Source: Strigamia acuminata (taxonomy: Eukaryota). Taken from it: a stretch of DNA of 64,000 nucleotides. Below are positions 1 through 14,065 of this stretch, piece after piece. The stretch is from NCBI GenBank assembly GCA_949358305.1, contig OX442314.1, forward strand, positions 4,216,001 to 4,280,000, written 5' to 3'. How positions within the stretch are numbered: the stretch's first letter is position 1; each line of letters starts with the position of its first letter. Position numbers and translations under genes: made by a program. The notes below the pieces were generated by a model, which had not been told where the DNA came from, searched no databases, and saw only the letters and a list, made by a program, of their open reading frames with translations.

Positions 1-389
1 CTCAACTTCCGCGTGATTTCTCGCGGACCTTGGTTGCCCACGCCGACAAAACCGTCGTAAATATTGCGCAGAAAGCCGCATAACTCGAACGGCATCTTCA
101 CTTGATCCACGCTCCCGATCGCGCTGATGCACTTGCGCATCAATTTGTTAATGCAAAATGCCTTTCTACAACTTGTTTTCTTTTATTTCTAGTCCTGAAA
201 AACAAAGAAAAAAGTGTGCATCATTCCTTTTGGTATTGTAAGAATTATTCCTTGAATTAAAGTAAGTGATTTGAGAAAACTTGGTTCTATTATTATTGTT
301 ATTAAAATATTGTATAAGTCTTGTTTAAGCATCCGCCATCTTAGAGGATGTATGTAAGGAATTAATAAACTTTTTTGGCCGTAACATGT

Positions 390-1937
390 TGTGACGATTC
401 TACTTTTGGCTGAATAATTAGCCATTGCAAGAGATAAATCGGTTTAAACAAGACATTTCTACAACTAGAAATAACCTAACCGAGATAAGCTACGGAAGTC
501 TGTACAACGTGAGTATGTGATCAAATATAATAACTTACGATTTTCGTGTGATACAATTACATGTTTATTAACATTACAACTGGGTTGGGGTTCTGGATAA
601 GTGTAACGGCGGCTACACTGGTTGAGGATCCGGGCGATGCTGTTCGAGTGGTGCGGCTGACTTTGCGGCATCGTCACAGTTAGCGCTACGGAGACGTATT
701 CGGTCCCGCAGCTCGGATATCTATTGATACGAAGAGTCCTTCGTATTTAGTCGGGAATATTCATTAGAATATTCCGTATTCAAATCATCAAAACATTATT
801 AAGTATAATATAACAAATGAATTGTTATATTGTTATTCTATGGACGGGGACAGTCACGACAGTCGAGGGGACCATCGCGGGAGCTGTTGAGACTCCATCC
901 GCCAGCATGCCTTACGACGACAAGATCTCGTGATCAGGCGCCGAGTATTTGTTTTCTGCGTAAGTCGCTTTCAGTGGTACCAACCACTGGGTAAACAGTT
1001 CCTGGGGGACTACCAGATCGGCATTACCAATACCCGAGTGTTTGTTTAGCGCAAGGTATGAATGCAATTGCTCACGGGCCACCAACCCGGTGCGTCGCCT
1101 GTGAATAAGGCTTTTACCGACCTCGAACAAGTCTTGCCCACTTAACGGAAGGGCCAATGCACTGCATCGGAACCCTGGGAAAATAGTTTGCCCGCATTTG
1201 TTTGACGGGTTTGACTTCCCGTATATGTGCTCTGGCAGAGCATCTGACCTATGATCGGAGAATCTCGCAGATAGATGCGACTATCACCGATCATATATTT
1301 TGATATTTGTTTAACAGTGTTAATCAATCCCGTGCATGGACGATATACTATGTCACCGTACGAAATCCTACTGCTCCTTAGAACAGCTGGCTAGCGCTAC
1401 GGGACCATTTGGTTACCGGAGTTAGTCTTCCCGAAATGACGCTACAACGAAGAATAGCACAATAGTATTGAATACATATTGACTGAGACAACGAGGGGGC
1501 CCGATGTGTCGATAAGAAAGAGAGAAATCAAACGATAACCAACAATACATACAAACATACAGAAAACAAGCCGAAGGTCTGGTGGCAAACCAGAGCTTAT
1601 ATAGTTCGAGAGAACAATCAGATTAGCGACAGCCAATCAGACGTCAGAATCCATGGATTCGTGGATCACTAGTCCGGACCTAATATTGAACTGGGTCCAG
1701 AAGAGTCCGATTGGTTCTCTTCAAAAGGTAAGTACAACAGGATATTGATTCGATAGAATCAATATCTCAAGTAAATAATACTTAGTTGAGTCTAATAAAA
1801 TACTGTATATTTTATTCGCAACGTTTATATTAATTCTTTAATATAACTCGTAACTTTATCGAGTTTAAACTGCGCGCGTTAGATAAACAGCGCCACCTAG
1901 TGTGAACATTGGATAATACGGTTTTATAACCGTCACA
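390..1937 (-). mobile_element. Solo LTR (1548 bp), distant relative of the 28971/36485 LTRs
   Basis: TGTGACG...CGTCACA termini; 4-bp TSD ATGT at 386-389 and 1938-1941; the minus strand shares motifs with the 28971 LTR (ACTAGGTGGCGC; TGTGACGATGCCGCAAAGTCAGCCGCA vs TGTGGCGGTGCAGACAAAGTCAACCGCA). Confidence 0.8.
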
Positions 1938-1941
1938 ATGT

Positions 1942-4848
1942 GGTTCTCGAAAATAGAGCAAACTTGTTTTCATCTAAGACAATAAGATCGGTTCAAACTA
2001 AAGTGTCATAGCCACAATATTTGCAGAAGTGACGGACGCACACAAAAATATTACATCGAGCAAGAAGACGGATCAATCAATTAATCAATAATTTATTAAT
2101 CACAAACAAAGCCTCATGTTCAAGGAGATGCCAGCAAATTTTGTTTTTGTAACAAAGAGCTTGTTTACTTTCAAATGAACCAGCTTGGTCTATACAGAAG
2201 AAAGTATTGGACTTTTGGTTGATGAATGAGGGTCAACCAGAAAACAAACCAAAAGAGAAAAAAAGGTCTTGCTTGACCTCACAACTAAACTGACAAGAAA
2301 TCTCTGGCTATTTGCGCATTTACAAGATAATGTGGAAGATAATGTGCAAGACAGAGATTCCATAGGTTGAAAGGAAGTTGTTATGTTCAGAATAATTGTT
2401 TGGTATAAATTGATTGTGTTTCACGCGGAATTGTTGGTGTGGTTGCCGTTGGCAACCACTCATGAATAAATTACTTGTCATGTCAAGCTTGAACTGAATG
2501 CATGTCGGTTTATTTCTGCCTATTCAAGTAGAATAGGCCTGCAGTTATTAGTGCAGGTTTCAGAGTATGGAAAACACTAAAGAAGTTGTTCCTTAAAATG
2601 TCAAAAACATTTCTTAGAGCTGATGTCACATTTCCACGTGTGAAATATCCACTGGATTCTGTTTATGAAATTTTTTTCAATAAAAAGACACTGCTTTTTG
2701 CTCAGAATTGGAATGCACAACTCCTTATTTGTAACGCCATGGCTGTGCCGGAGTACCATTTAAGAACACCTGCAGAAACCAGTGGACGATTGGTGTTTGA
2801 TCTCAACAGTTTTGACTGGACGGTTGGGGCGCGGCCGCTCTGTTTTGGACAAATGGTTAGGCAGACGTCCTTGGCCTTCCATTGGCGGCCACACACCATG
2901 AGGCCTCTCGTCGCGGATCATCGTGATGGTATAAAACTAAATTAGAATTGTAATTATAATAGCGCTATGCAAGGATTTTATCGCTTTTTAGTCATTCTTT
3001 TAACGATTTTATCGCTTTTTAGTCATTTTTTTTAACGATTTTGTCGCTTTTTAGTCATTTTTTTAACAATTTTATCGCTTTTTGTTCAATTATGTATGTA
3101 AATAATCTTTTTTTTCAGTGGCAATTGCCCATATTATGAAGATCTGTCAAAGTTTTCATCATGCATGCTTATCAAAAGAAATTTTAAGGAAATTTCTAAT
3201 AATGAAGTGCAATCCTTCAGACTTAGAGGGCAAATGTCAAACAGCATTAAAAAAATTAATGATCAAATGGTTTAAAAGAGAAATACCTCAGCAACATGCA
3301 GGCCAACATCTGGTCGCTGCATGTGACGATGACCGTCACCATGACGCGTATAAAAAAATTTGAAATTTGAAAATTAAAAATTAAAAATATAATTTTATTT
3401 TCATTTTGCAAGTCTAACACTATAGGGTGTCAACCCAAAGAAAGACCAGCTGCAACTGACAGTCGCCATGACCTCTGAGATTTAAATTAGACTAAAAATT
3501 GAAATAGGTATAAAATTATTTGTAAATATTTAAATATTTTGGTATATATTCGTTAAATTAATTTTTTTTAGTTAAATAATTACATCATTCCTTTTAGTAT
3601 TGTAAGAATTATTCCTTGAATTAAAGCAAGTGATTTGAGAAAACTTGGTTCTATTATTATTGTTATTAAAATATTGTATAAGTCTTGTTTAAGCATCCGC
3701 CATCTTAGAGGATATATGTAAGGAATTAATAAACTTGCTTCCAGATTCAGTGTCAACATCAGTTTATTTTTGTGCGCAATACCTACAGCCCAACCAGTCA
3801 CAAGTTTGGATCTACTTTATCACGACATTCTGAATAGAATAGAATTAGCGAAAAGCAAGCAAAATTTGAGGCACTGTGAAAACCAACTGACCTTGTTGTT
3901 CATAAATAGCGCTATGCAAGGATTTTATCGCTTTTTAGTCATTTTTTTAAAACAATTTTATAGTTTTTTGTTCAATTATGTATGTAAATAATCTTTTGTT
4001 TTTTTAGTGCCAGTTGCCCACACAATGAAGATTGTTAGAAGTTTTGACCATCTTCTAAATCACGCCTGCTTGACAAAAGAAATCTTTTGGCAATTTTTAA
4101 TTACCAAGTTCAATCCTTCAGAATTACCAAGCAATTGTAGAACAGAGGGAAATACCTCAGAAACATGCAGTAGCAGTGTGTAGAGCAGGAATAATATTAA
4201 TAAATATATACGATTTGTGCCTAGGAAATTGAAATTAAATTTAATTAAGTTTACTGTGTTTTTGTTAGAAATTAAAGGAAAAGTCCAGTTGGATGTTTTT
4301 CACAACAGTCACAAGTCAGAACTGTGCACTAATATCTTTAAAATTTTACCGCAATTCGGCCAATTTATCTTCTTTAATGAGTGAACAATTCCACGCCAAA
4401 CGGCGACCGCTTCGGAATTTACACCAAACCAAAAGAACACATTTACACAATAGAAGACAACGAATTAATCAGGGCCACCAGACGCCGCCGCCACGTAATA
4501 AAACAGCACAGAATTGTTTGTTTGTCGCTTTTCTAATCAATGGGCGTAAAAATTAATTGTTTTTAGTCAGTTTCCTCGCTAATCAATGGGCGCGGTGTTA
4601 GCAGAAGATGTTTCTGGTGATTTTTACCGCTTTATCATTACGTTTTTTGGATTTCTGGCAAAGTTTTGACCCGGGAACGTCAGTGGCGAGGCCTTCCATG
4701 TCTTATTAAATTAGAATTGGCAACTCGCATGACAAATTACTCATTCGAAGCTAAAAATTCAAGAAAAAGTGTGAAGCGCGCCAAATTCAAGAGTTGTGAA
4801 GCAGGGCAAAGCAAATAGTTCCATCTTAATATTTATATATTTGTTATT

Positions 4849-4946
<98 letters not shown>

Positions 4947-7700
4947 TCAACCCAGCCACTTCAAATGGGATTAATTAGGATGAAAGTTATTTTGAAAAAA
5001 GTGAAAGCTTCTCAAATGTTTACAAATATTTTAGTTTAACACTAGAACAGCTAGACTGGTCAAAATGACCCAATGGGTTGCCAATAGTGTTTTTTGATGC
5101 TTTACTTCGTAAATCAGCAACCGTGACATTTTTCTTAAAGGTGACTGAAAAATTGTCCACAGTCCCAGAGAAGTCCAACCAAGAGGATTTGAAACAATTG
5201 CTTCCAATTAATAGAGCAAGAACCTTGACCATCCTCTGAGCCACTGATTACTTTGAAAATCAAAACCAGGTTTCAGAAATCATATCCCAAACTGAACACT
5301 TCACGTCATGAAAAATGGCAAATGCCATTACCAATCACGAAAAATGGCAAATCACAAAAACCCACAAGACAAATTCAATTTCAAATGGAAAATTCAAACC
5401 AAACTTTGAAAAACCACCAAACACAACCAAAAAATGCATCAAATAATATTCTTGCCAAATAAATACAATTCGAACTAGGCCTATAGTAGACCTAAAATGG
5501 CGTCAAATAATATCAAAAGAACATATGTAAGAAAATAAATGGATCATTTAGAAATACGAATTCAAACTTGCTGAGAAATTTGCAGAAATGTAAATCCCAT
5601 GTTTATGAAACCAACCAACCTTTTGGAAATCAAATCCGAATTAAATAACGTTAAAAACGAACACAGCATGTCGAATAGCAAAATCTTGCTGTTCATCTCG
5701 CCTTGTGGTGAGCGAGACGAAATTACGTGACAGATTATTGTTTAGCGCTGCCCATGCGCAGAAAAGAAAACAATCCCACGACTACGGAAATTTGTTGGGG
5801 CCATTGTGTCAATCCTGGCACTCAAAAAAATAAAAGAAATAAAAATAAAAACAAAACGAGGGAGGGAATGAGGGATTCTGGGTTTTGGATTTTTTTGTTG
5901 AGCAATTTCATGAGCAGATATATAATAACGAATAAAACGTGCATTACAAGTGCGAAAAATTCAATTCAATTCTGCTCAAATTCTGTCCAAAACAAATGAA
6001 TCTATCGCGTCGTTACTCGTTTACATATAAAATTTCAAAATACAAAACTTGATGACGTTTAAAGTGCGAGTTTTTAGAGTGAAAAAATCCCTTAATTCTC
6101 TTTTTTCTTTTCTTTCTATCCACAAGTCGTGATTTACAAGGTGAATAACGGATAGACTGGTCAAAATGACCGGCACAGTAATAAACCCAATGGGTTTCCA
6201 ATAGTGTTTTGATGCTTTACTTCATAAATCAGCAAACGTGGACAATACGTTTTGGGTCAAATTGATTTGAACAAAGAACAACCACTCCTGGCTGGCCAAA
6301 GTCCTGTTCCATGGGTCATCCAAAAAAAAGTGACTGAAAAATTTTCCACAGTCCCAGAGCAGTCCAACCAAGAGCTTTTGAAACGATTGATTACAATTAA
6401 GAGAGCAAGAACCGTGAAGAAAATGGCAAGAAAGAAAATAAGACGGTTCGGTTTCAGATTTGGCAAATTTGACAAATAAGGTTCATCAATCTCCTCATTA
6501 CTTAGGAGAGGAGGATGAGACATCAATGGATACATTGATGATAAATAAATAAATATTCATGGCAAATTGGTAAATGCTACACTCTGATGTATAGAGTGCA
6601 GTGTGCAGTCTTACAATACCAACATTATGCCAACCAGAGCTCTCCTTTAGTATTTATCTAGGGATGACCAAATGAATTTTGCTGATTTTCAGCCATGTGC
6701 TTAGAGCAATCAAAGAAGTTATTTTATAATTGCTATTGAGAAGATCGTGATATCTTCGCCATAATGTGACGTGGGATAGATACCTCAAACAACAGTTGGA
6801 TTTTGGGAAATCAAATTAACCAAACCCAGACTGGAACAAGTGATATTAAATTCTGTACGAAAAATATATATTTGGCTCTGCTCCTACACAAGAGTTTCAT
6901 TCCAGTTCGAAATTCAATCAAATATGAAATACACCTACGGTATTCACAAATGTGATTCCAACATCCAAACCGAATGTGTTTTCTAAACCAAAAGAAAAAA
7001 CCAAATAATTCTGCACCCGCAAATGTATTTCTCCATCTGTAAATGCATTTTTTTCATCTGAAAATACTTTTTTTTTGCTTGAAAATGACATTTTTGAAGT
7101 TTATGACCATCTACTGATCACTTTGAAAATAAAAACCATGTTTCAGAAATCATAATCCAAACTAAAACACTCGATGTCACAAAAAATGACAAATGTCATT
7201 ACCAATCGCGAAAAAAAAAACCAAACTTGAAAAACCACCAAAACGCTCCAAAAAGCTCATCAATGTTCTTGCCAAATAAATACTCAGCCGCGACAAATCT
7301 GGAAGACAACACATTCCGAACTAGGCCTATAGTAGGCCTAAAATGGCACCAAAGAATGACAAAAGATCCAAAGAAAATAAAAGGACCATTTTTTCAAAGA
7401 ATTACTTGCTGTGAAAATGGCGGAAATGTTAATCCGTGTTCATGAAACCAATCAATCAACCTTTTGGAAATCAAATCCGAATAAAATAACGCGAAAAACG
7501 AACACAGCATGTCGACCAGCAAAATCTTGCTTTTCACCTCGCCTCCTGCTGATCGAGTCAAAATTACGTGACAGATTATTGTTGGTCGTATCGTATTGTT
7601 TATAGCATCGTCATAAAATCCCAGTTAAACGAGCAAAACATCGTGGAAATGCACAAAACACACTTTGGGTCGCTGCACTCGACTCTATTTTCTGCCGGGT
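1942..7700 (+). repeat. Composite, internally duplicated repeat with decayed spliced coding fragments (family unidentified)
   Basis: Blocks recur at 220-370/3583-3735/49248-49357, 2957-3300/3905-4140/51200-51500, 5050-5230/6150-6415 and 5240-5750/7110-7580; exon-like VAIAHIMKI...KEI peptide follows a tttcag/ttttag acceptor in three copies. Confidence 0.65.
4854..4941. repeat. (GA)n microsatellite
   Basis: About 44 GA units; a shorter copy with the same downstream flank at 52096-52128. Confidence 0.98.
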
Positions 7701-8089
7701 GGAAAGTCAAGTCGTATTTGATAATTTGACACCCATGATCTTAATTTTTAATTTTCATATTATTTTTTGGAATAAAATATTAATTTACATACCGGTAATT
7801 ATAATGTTTTTCTTTTGTCAGTAAACGTTGTGGTCCACAACGTTTACTTTGTGGATATTATAGGATTAAAATTATATTCCAAAAAAATTATATTCCGGAC
7901 GTCACCCGTAAAAGTGTGAAAATAATTCAACTCTCACACTGAAATTTACTCCGCAAGATTCCAAAAGTCCTTATCGGTTTTCCTCGCTTTTCCCTGTCAC
8001 ACTATTAATAATTCAACTCACAATTTTCCAAATAGCTCCAATACAGGCTGACTAATAATCAGCAAATTGAAAACAATAAAGCGTGAACT

Positions 8090-9511
8090 GTGTGAGATAA
8101 AGCGAAATAATACCAAATAGTGTTTTCTTTAATCATCTTTAATCGGGGGGTGAAGTTATACAATACTAAGGCCGACAAATGGCCGATAAAATCGAGATAA
8201 ATTAAGATAAGATATCAGTTGTCGGGCTTAGTTAATAAATCAAAGAAACAAACAAAAAGCTCCGGCCAGGCCAAAAACCAGACCTTATGTACAGTATGTT
8301 CTAATCAGACCTGTGAATCCAGTGACAGCCAATTGGACATCAGAATCGCTGGATTCACTGGTCTTATTAGATTAGAGATTAGCAAGTCCGGACCTTGCAG
8401 AAGCCTAGATCCAATTGAGCCCAATTGGTTACTCTCAACAGGTAAGTATTCCTAGTGTTATGTTGTCAATATTCTCACAAACAGTTGCATTTTTAAACCA
8501 ATAAATAAAAGAAATTTATTTATACATTCCCCGAATTAATTATAACTCCTTTAAACCAAGGACGACTACTCCAATGGACGGGAAACACAATGCTGTGGGG
8601 TTGGCCTATGTCTGACCAACTCCCACAATCCTTAGCGCGATAAATTAGTACGCCACCTTGTGGTGGTAATGGTTAACAGTGTCAGCTGACATTAACAACC
8701 TAGTCAGGACAAAACAATTCATAAACTCGTGCACATTTCCAACAACAACAACAATTAGTTATTTGGTTACTTACACATCCCACAAGGTAATTAAATAGGC
8801 TTATTTATTTAAAATGTGCGCCTGTATTTATTTATTTAATAAAAAACAAAAACTGACACAACTAAAAATGTAAACAAATATTGGATTTTGATAGACTATC
8901 TTAGTCTGGTGTCTCCATTCAAACGAGGTTGAAAATCATACATTTTGAACCAACGTTAAAGAATTTGTGTTAAATTGTACATTAATTTGCAATACACCAG
9001 TACAATATTTAATCTTTCAACTACTAAACAAATTAAAATCAAGTAATCATATGTCATTTTTTATTTAAGTCTTCAATGCAAAACATTTACGATCGAACGC
9101 ACATGTCCGTACCGACAATTACGTGCTGCACGCTTAAAAATATAACAATATCATTAAGATTTCATTTTTAATAATACCAGTACATTAATAATGCCTTACT
9201 TAACAATATTATCACTTACTTTTATTTATTAGAAGGCCTGTTTTCTTAGATTGGATTGCAAAACTTTACAATCACTTGGGAGAACTTAGAGTGGAAATTG
9301 CAAATGGCTGCCAATCTAGTTCGAAAATACACCCCTGAAAATCGCGCTAAGGATTGTGGGAGTTGGTCAGACATAGGCCAACCCCACAGCATTGTGTTTC
9401 CCGTCCATTGGAGTAGTCGTCCTTGTTTAAACGTATTCGAAATGCGCGCTTTTTACTAAATAGCGCCATCTGTTGTTAAATTGCATACTACTCGGTTTTT
9501 TAACCGTGGCA
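8090..9511 (-). mobile_element. Degraded LTR relic of the 390-1937 family, interrupted by a MITE
   Basis: 8325-8450 resembles 1627-1735 (GACAGCCAAT...GTCCGGACCT...GGTAAGTA); 9443-9511 resembles 1871-1937; left boundary uncertain. Confidence 0.6.
8557..9425. mobile_element. MITE with ~85-bp TIRs at a TTTAAA site
   Basis: CAAGGACGACTACTCC...TTAGCGCGAT (8557-8641) is inverted at 9341-9425; TTTAAA lies on both sides. Confidence 0.85.
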
Positions 9512-10048
9512 GTCATTGTTGAATATAAACTTAAATACTGTTATATTAAAATAAATTCATAGGTGGCGCAACACGCATTAACGCGTCACAAATTAACATG
9601 ACATTAAAACATGGAATGCACTGGGCAATGCAGTGAAGCAAACACAGCAAGCTCATGTTGTCATTATCGGTTTTTCCAGGGTTTCCATGCCACCATATCA
9701 ATAATTCAATTCACAATTTTCCAATTAACTTCTGAATAACTTAGCAAGACTAATAAGCAACCGAAGGAAACTTTACCGATCTACACTATAATCAGCCAAC
9801 ATGTTGCTAGGAAACGATGTATGAATACACACGTGTTGTCAGTTCACCTTGAACTTAGCAAGAGACTAACAGCAGAAACTGCAGGTGCCTACTCAACTCA
9901 AAAGCACACAATATATCTTCTGCCTAACGGATTCTAAATTTACAAGTTGCTGTTACTACACATGCAATCAGATTTGTCAACTGGATAACTGTACTTATTA
10001 TACACTCGGTTTTTTTATTCCTAGTTTGTCGTGCGAATAACGAAAATT

Positions 10049-10546
10049 ATGGAGAATAATGAAACCACTAGAAGAAACGGAAAACTACGTCTAAAAATTC
10101 ATCAATTAATGAGAGTTGATGCGAAGAAACCGAGCTGTGGTTTAACCGGTTTGGACAATTTCATTAACATTAAACAACGTTGGAGCGGCCATCGCGCCCT
10201 ATGGCTTCTATTGTTCGTATTTTGCACAAGCGTTCTCACTTATCAAGCATACGATAGAGTAATGCATTACTTAAGTTATCCTACGGCTGTTGACGTGTCG
10301 AGTGGATCGGAAGATGTCATTTTGCCGTACTTGTTGATCTGTAGTGGACATACAAAAGAAATGGCCAGGCTTTGGAATAAAACCCATGCACATAGCAAAA
10401 CTTTTGAAGTGGACGAATCAGGCAACTTTAAGTCATTTGATTGCCTAAACATGCTGAAAACTCTTATGGCAACCCCAACTCAGCATATGGATGAAGTTTG
10501 GAATGCAACTAATTTGACCAAGGAAATACACAGCATAAACATGAAA
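10049..10546 (+). CDS. DEG/ENaC (pickpocket/ASIC-like) tandem-domain gene, coding exon 1 (N-terminus, TM1 of repeat 1)
   Basis: RALWLLLFVFCTSVLTYQ..YLSYPTAVDV..LPYLLIC matches ASC-family TM1/post-TM1; donor AAA|GTAAAA, phase 0. Confidence 0.9.
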
Positions 10547-10609
10547 GTAAAAGCAAAAATTAAAAGCAATTATAAACAATAAAATAACTGATAAGTTAAA
10601 CTTCTTTAG

Positions 10610-10682
10610 GGTTATACAAACAACAGCTTTGTCCTGACGGAAATCGATAGCTATTTCGGAATTTGCTCAGCATTTAAATTTA
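10610..10682 (+). CDS. DEG/ENaC exon 2
   Basis: ctttag acceptor; GYTNNSFVLTEIDSYFGICSAFKF (G-x-C-x-x-F motif); GTAAGA donor, phase 1. Confidence 0.85.
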
Positions 10683-10713
10683 GTAAGACTAGTACACTAC
10701 AGATAATAAATAA

Positions 10714-11385
10714 TGTTAGAGCAAAATTTCCAATTAGAAAGTTGTAGAGCATGGCCTAATTAGTCTAGAACTGTTCTTAAAAAAGTTATCTCTTACTGAA
10801 AAGTTTTGAGAAAAAAAGGTTTGAAATGTTAATCTACTCAGCTTTGTAACCTAAAACTATCATGTGGAATGTATTTCCAAAATAAATTATTTCCTTTCTT
10901 TTGTGTTTCCTCTCTTCTACTTACAAGTATGACCCAATAAAGTGTCCTGATTGAGGATTAGCTTGGTTGCCTTAATAGTTTTAGGTTACAAAGCTGAGTT
11001 ACAAAGCTGAGTTGACTAACATTTCAAACTTTTTTTTGTCAAAACTTTTCAGTACGAGATAACTTTTTTAAGAACAGTTCTAGACTAATTAGGCCATGCT
11101 ATACAACTTTCTAATTGGAAATTTTGCTCTAACCTGATTTAACTTTCGATGACTAAGACAAGTTGGATAGTACTAATTTTATAATGCTCTACAACTTTGT
11201 GATTCAAAATTTTGCTCTAACCTGATTGGTTTAGAAGTTAGTTGAAAATGGCCTTCAAGGTCAAATTTGATGACATCATTGGATTGCTCTCACCAAACTT
11301 CCTATAAGATCGTTTCATCAAAGTTGGCCTAGATGCAATTGCTCATGAAATATTTAGGGTGGTTCATACTTTTGGGACACCCTGT
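10714..11385. mobile_element. Foldback-like Tc1/mariner MITE remnant
   Basis: ~150-bp inverted repeat 10714-10860 vs 10977-11133; ends in TTTTGGGACACCCTG-TA, a Tc1/mariner-type terminus. Confidence 0.7.
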
Positions 11386-11396
11386 ATATGAAAATA

Positions 11397-12020
11397 CAAA
11401 GCAAACTCTTTATAACGAATCGCACGGGTCCGAAAAAATCGATTTGTTATAACGAGAATTCGTTAAAACGAATTAGCTGAAAAAAATCAAATTCCATCAA
11501 ACATCATTAACAACATTATTGATTCATAAATTGGTGTTTATTTTATCCCAATTCTTAAAAATTGTTGAAATTGTAAAACGGGACAAATTAAACTCAACTG
11601 CTACAATTGATGGCTTCTTGCTATTGTCATTGGCATTAAAAATGTTCAATTTGTCCTGAATCAAAATTTCCTGTTGTTTGGCACCCATTTTAAAACAGAA
11701 ATTTTTTTATTTTTTCTAAATGTGTTCTAAATATTGACAAAAGATGTTGTGAGTCATGTGATCAGATTTGAAAATTCTTTATAACAAGGGCTTGAGGATA
11801 TTACAGTGTACATGAAAACTTGTTTGTTATGATGAATAATTCGTTATATTGAAATTCGTTATATCAAAAATAATTAACATGGTGTTCTTTGATGGCCAAC
11901 CAATTCGTTATATCGCGATTTGTTACAAGTATATCGTGATTCGTTATCGCGATTTGTTATATCGCGATTCGTTATATCGCGCTTTGTTATATTGCGATTC
12001 GTTATAAAGAGTTTCGACTG
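11397..12020. mobile_element. TA-flanked MITE (pogo/Tigger-like), copy 1
   Basis: AAACTCTTTATAACGAATC...GATTCGTTATAAAGAGTTTCGACTG TIRs; same family as 22936-23490. Confidence 0.85.
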
Positions 12021-12526
12021 TATTTCCAAAAGAGACGTAACTTTCGATTATAATGACTCAAGGGGGTGTTTCATCTGAGGAACTGTAAATGGGGATGCCT
12101 ACTGTCAAATATTTGATAATTTTCTCATACCAATGGTTAAATATTATTTGCTTACCTGTACCCATGGTCACAGATTTTGTACAAAAACTCACATTACATG
12201 TAAAGAACCATGTGAATACAACATCATGGTCTTAGTATCACAAGATCTGATGATGGGATCATCTCATAATAAACCTGTAAGCATGTCACTAAGTATTCCA
12301 TACTTTTAGGACACTATGCATCCTACAGAAGCGTAATTTTGCTCAATCTAGAGCTAAGTTATGTCTCTTTAGGGAATGTTTTCATTTATATTAGAGAGAG
12401 CTTCCTAGCAATGTAAAAATGTCTTCAAACAATGATGTGCTTATAAAAATTTGGATTATTCCAAACTTGTTGGACTGACTGTACTGTAAACAGAAAGTGG
12501 TGGGCTGCTATTACAGTGCTGCCTCT

Positions 12527-13162
12527 AAATCACATATTTTGTTCACGTATCTAGAGTAAACGGGAGATGAGCAATTCATTAAGCAAAACAAATTTTGGTT
12601 TTCAACAATGCATCATGGTTTTTTAAATTGTAATTGAAAAAGCAACAATGCAATTTGAAAAAGTCAATTGTGAAGTTGCATTTGCTTAAGCATTGTATTG
12701 TTTAGTCAGAAACAATTAAATCAAATTTTTTTTCTACAAAATCATTGATAAAAAATGCATATAACAAACTTAATTTTTCTGAAATTTTAGACTTGTTTTT
12801 ATTGCTAACTAAGAATTTATTTAAAGTATTCTCCATCTGCAGTAATGCATGCTTGCAACCTAGACAAGATGTTGTCAAATACATTTTGAAATATATCACG
12901 AGTTACAGTATTAATTGGTGAGCTGCTGTGATCCTCATTTAGCAATAAGAAATTGAATAGAAAAAACATTTTTGATTTTAATAATTTTGGAATAAACAAC
13001 TGATGCTCTACAACTTTACAATTGACATTTTCAGTTCGCATTGTTACTTTTTAAGAAAAAATGTGAAAAAACCATGATGCATTGTTGAAAACCCAAATTT
13101 GTGTTGCTTAATGAATTGCCCATCTCCAAGTGATTCTAGATTCGTGAAGACAATCTGTGATT
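12527..13162 (-). mobile_element. Internally deleted mariner-like element
   Basis: Long imperfect TIRs 12527-12680 vs 13005-13162; minus-strand remnant FQNVFDNILSRLQACITADGEYF resembles a Tc1/mariner transposase C-terminus. Confidence 0.65.
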
Positions 13163-13483
13163 ACTACTTACCATATTACCTCACATTAAGTCGCATGCCG
13201 GTGTAGTGCGAGTTATCCCAGGTAGCATTATACATGTATATTGGGGGTAAATTAAACGCCCCCCAAAAACACTTGGATTCACCCAAATAAAACTGATTTG
13301 CCCCCTCTTTTTCAACCCCCCCAAAGAAAACTCATTTGTCCCCCTTTTTTTAGGAACCACCCCAAAATTTTTATTAGGCAAAATGGCTTATGAATGTCGG
13401 AAAAACGTTACGCCAGTAATGTTTTTGCTATGTTCATGCTTCTCTGAGTATATAAGCCAGCATATTATTATTGTTTTGTATTC

Positions 13484-13857
13484 GTGTTCAACAATGACAT
13501 CCCAAGTTGTTGTTTTCGCAAACTCAGACTCGAGTCGGATACTGCTAAAAAGACACTGCGGGAAAGTGACATCGACAAGTACATACGACAGGTTGACCTT
13601 AAAAACTGGCGCCACTTCGATACATACATACAGTCGAAGAATAGTTTATGGCTTGTGACCATAGAAAATAGCAAATGGGACGAAGGGACTTGCACATGTC
13701 CCACTTTTTTAAGACCTACATGTGTAAACACATTTTAGGTATAGCGATTGGTGAGAAGCTATACTCTGTTCCACTTGAGGCGAAGAATATCCCTCTAGGT
13801 AAAAAAAGAAAACATGGCAGGCCGTCTAAAGCTAAAAAGGCACTGATGGCCAAATAA
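13484..13857 (+). pseudogene. Frameshifted SWIM zinc-finger C-terminal fragment (MULE-like transposon)
   Basis: GTCTCPTF / FKTYMCKHILG joined across a frameshift gives CxCx8CxH; basic tail KKRKHGRPSK; C-rich and G-rich imperfect inverted flanks (13243-13375, 13870-14050). Confidence 0.7.
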
Positions 13858-14065
13858 TTTTTTCTTCTGAAGTTTGTTTTGGGGGTTAAGAGTTTTTTCT
13901 GTTTTTTTTGGGGAGGGGGGAAAAAAGCTTTCTCGGGGGGCAAAAGAAGTTTTTTTGGTGGGAGGAGCAGTATTTTCGGTTTGGTTTTATTTGGGGGGAA
14001 AACTAGTTTATTTCGGGGGGGGGGAATGGATATTTCTGGAGGGCCATTAAATCATATCCTTATAT

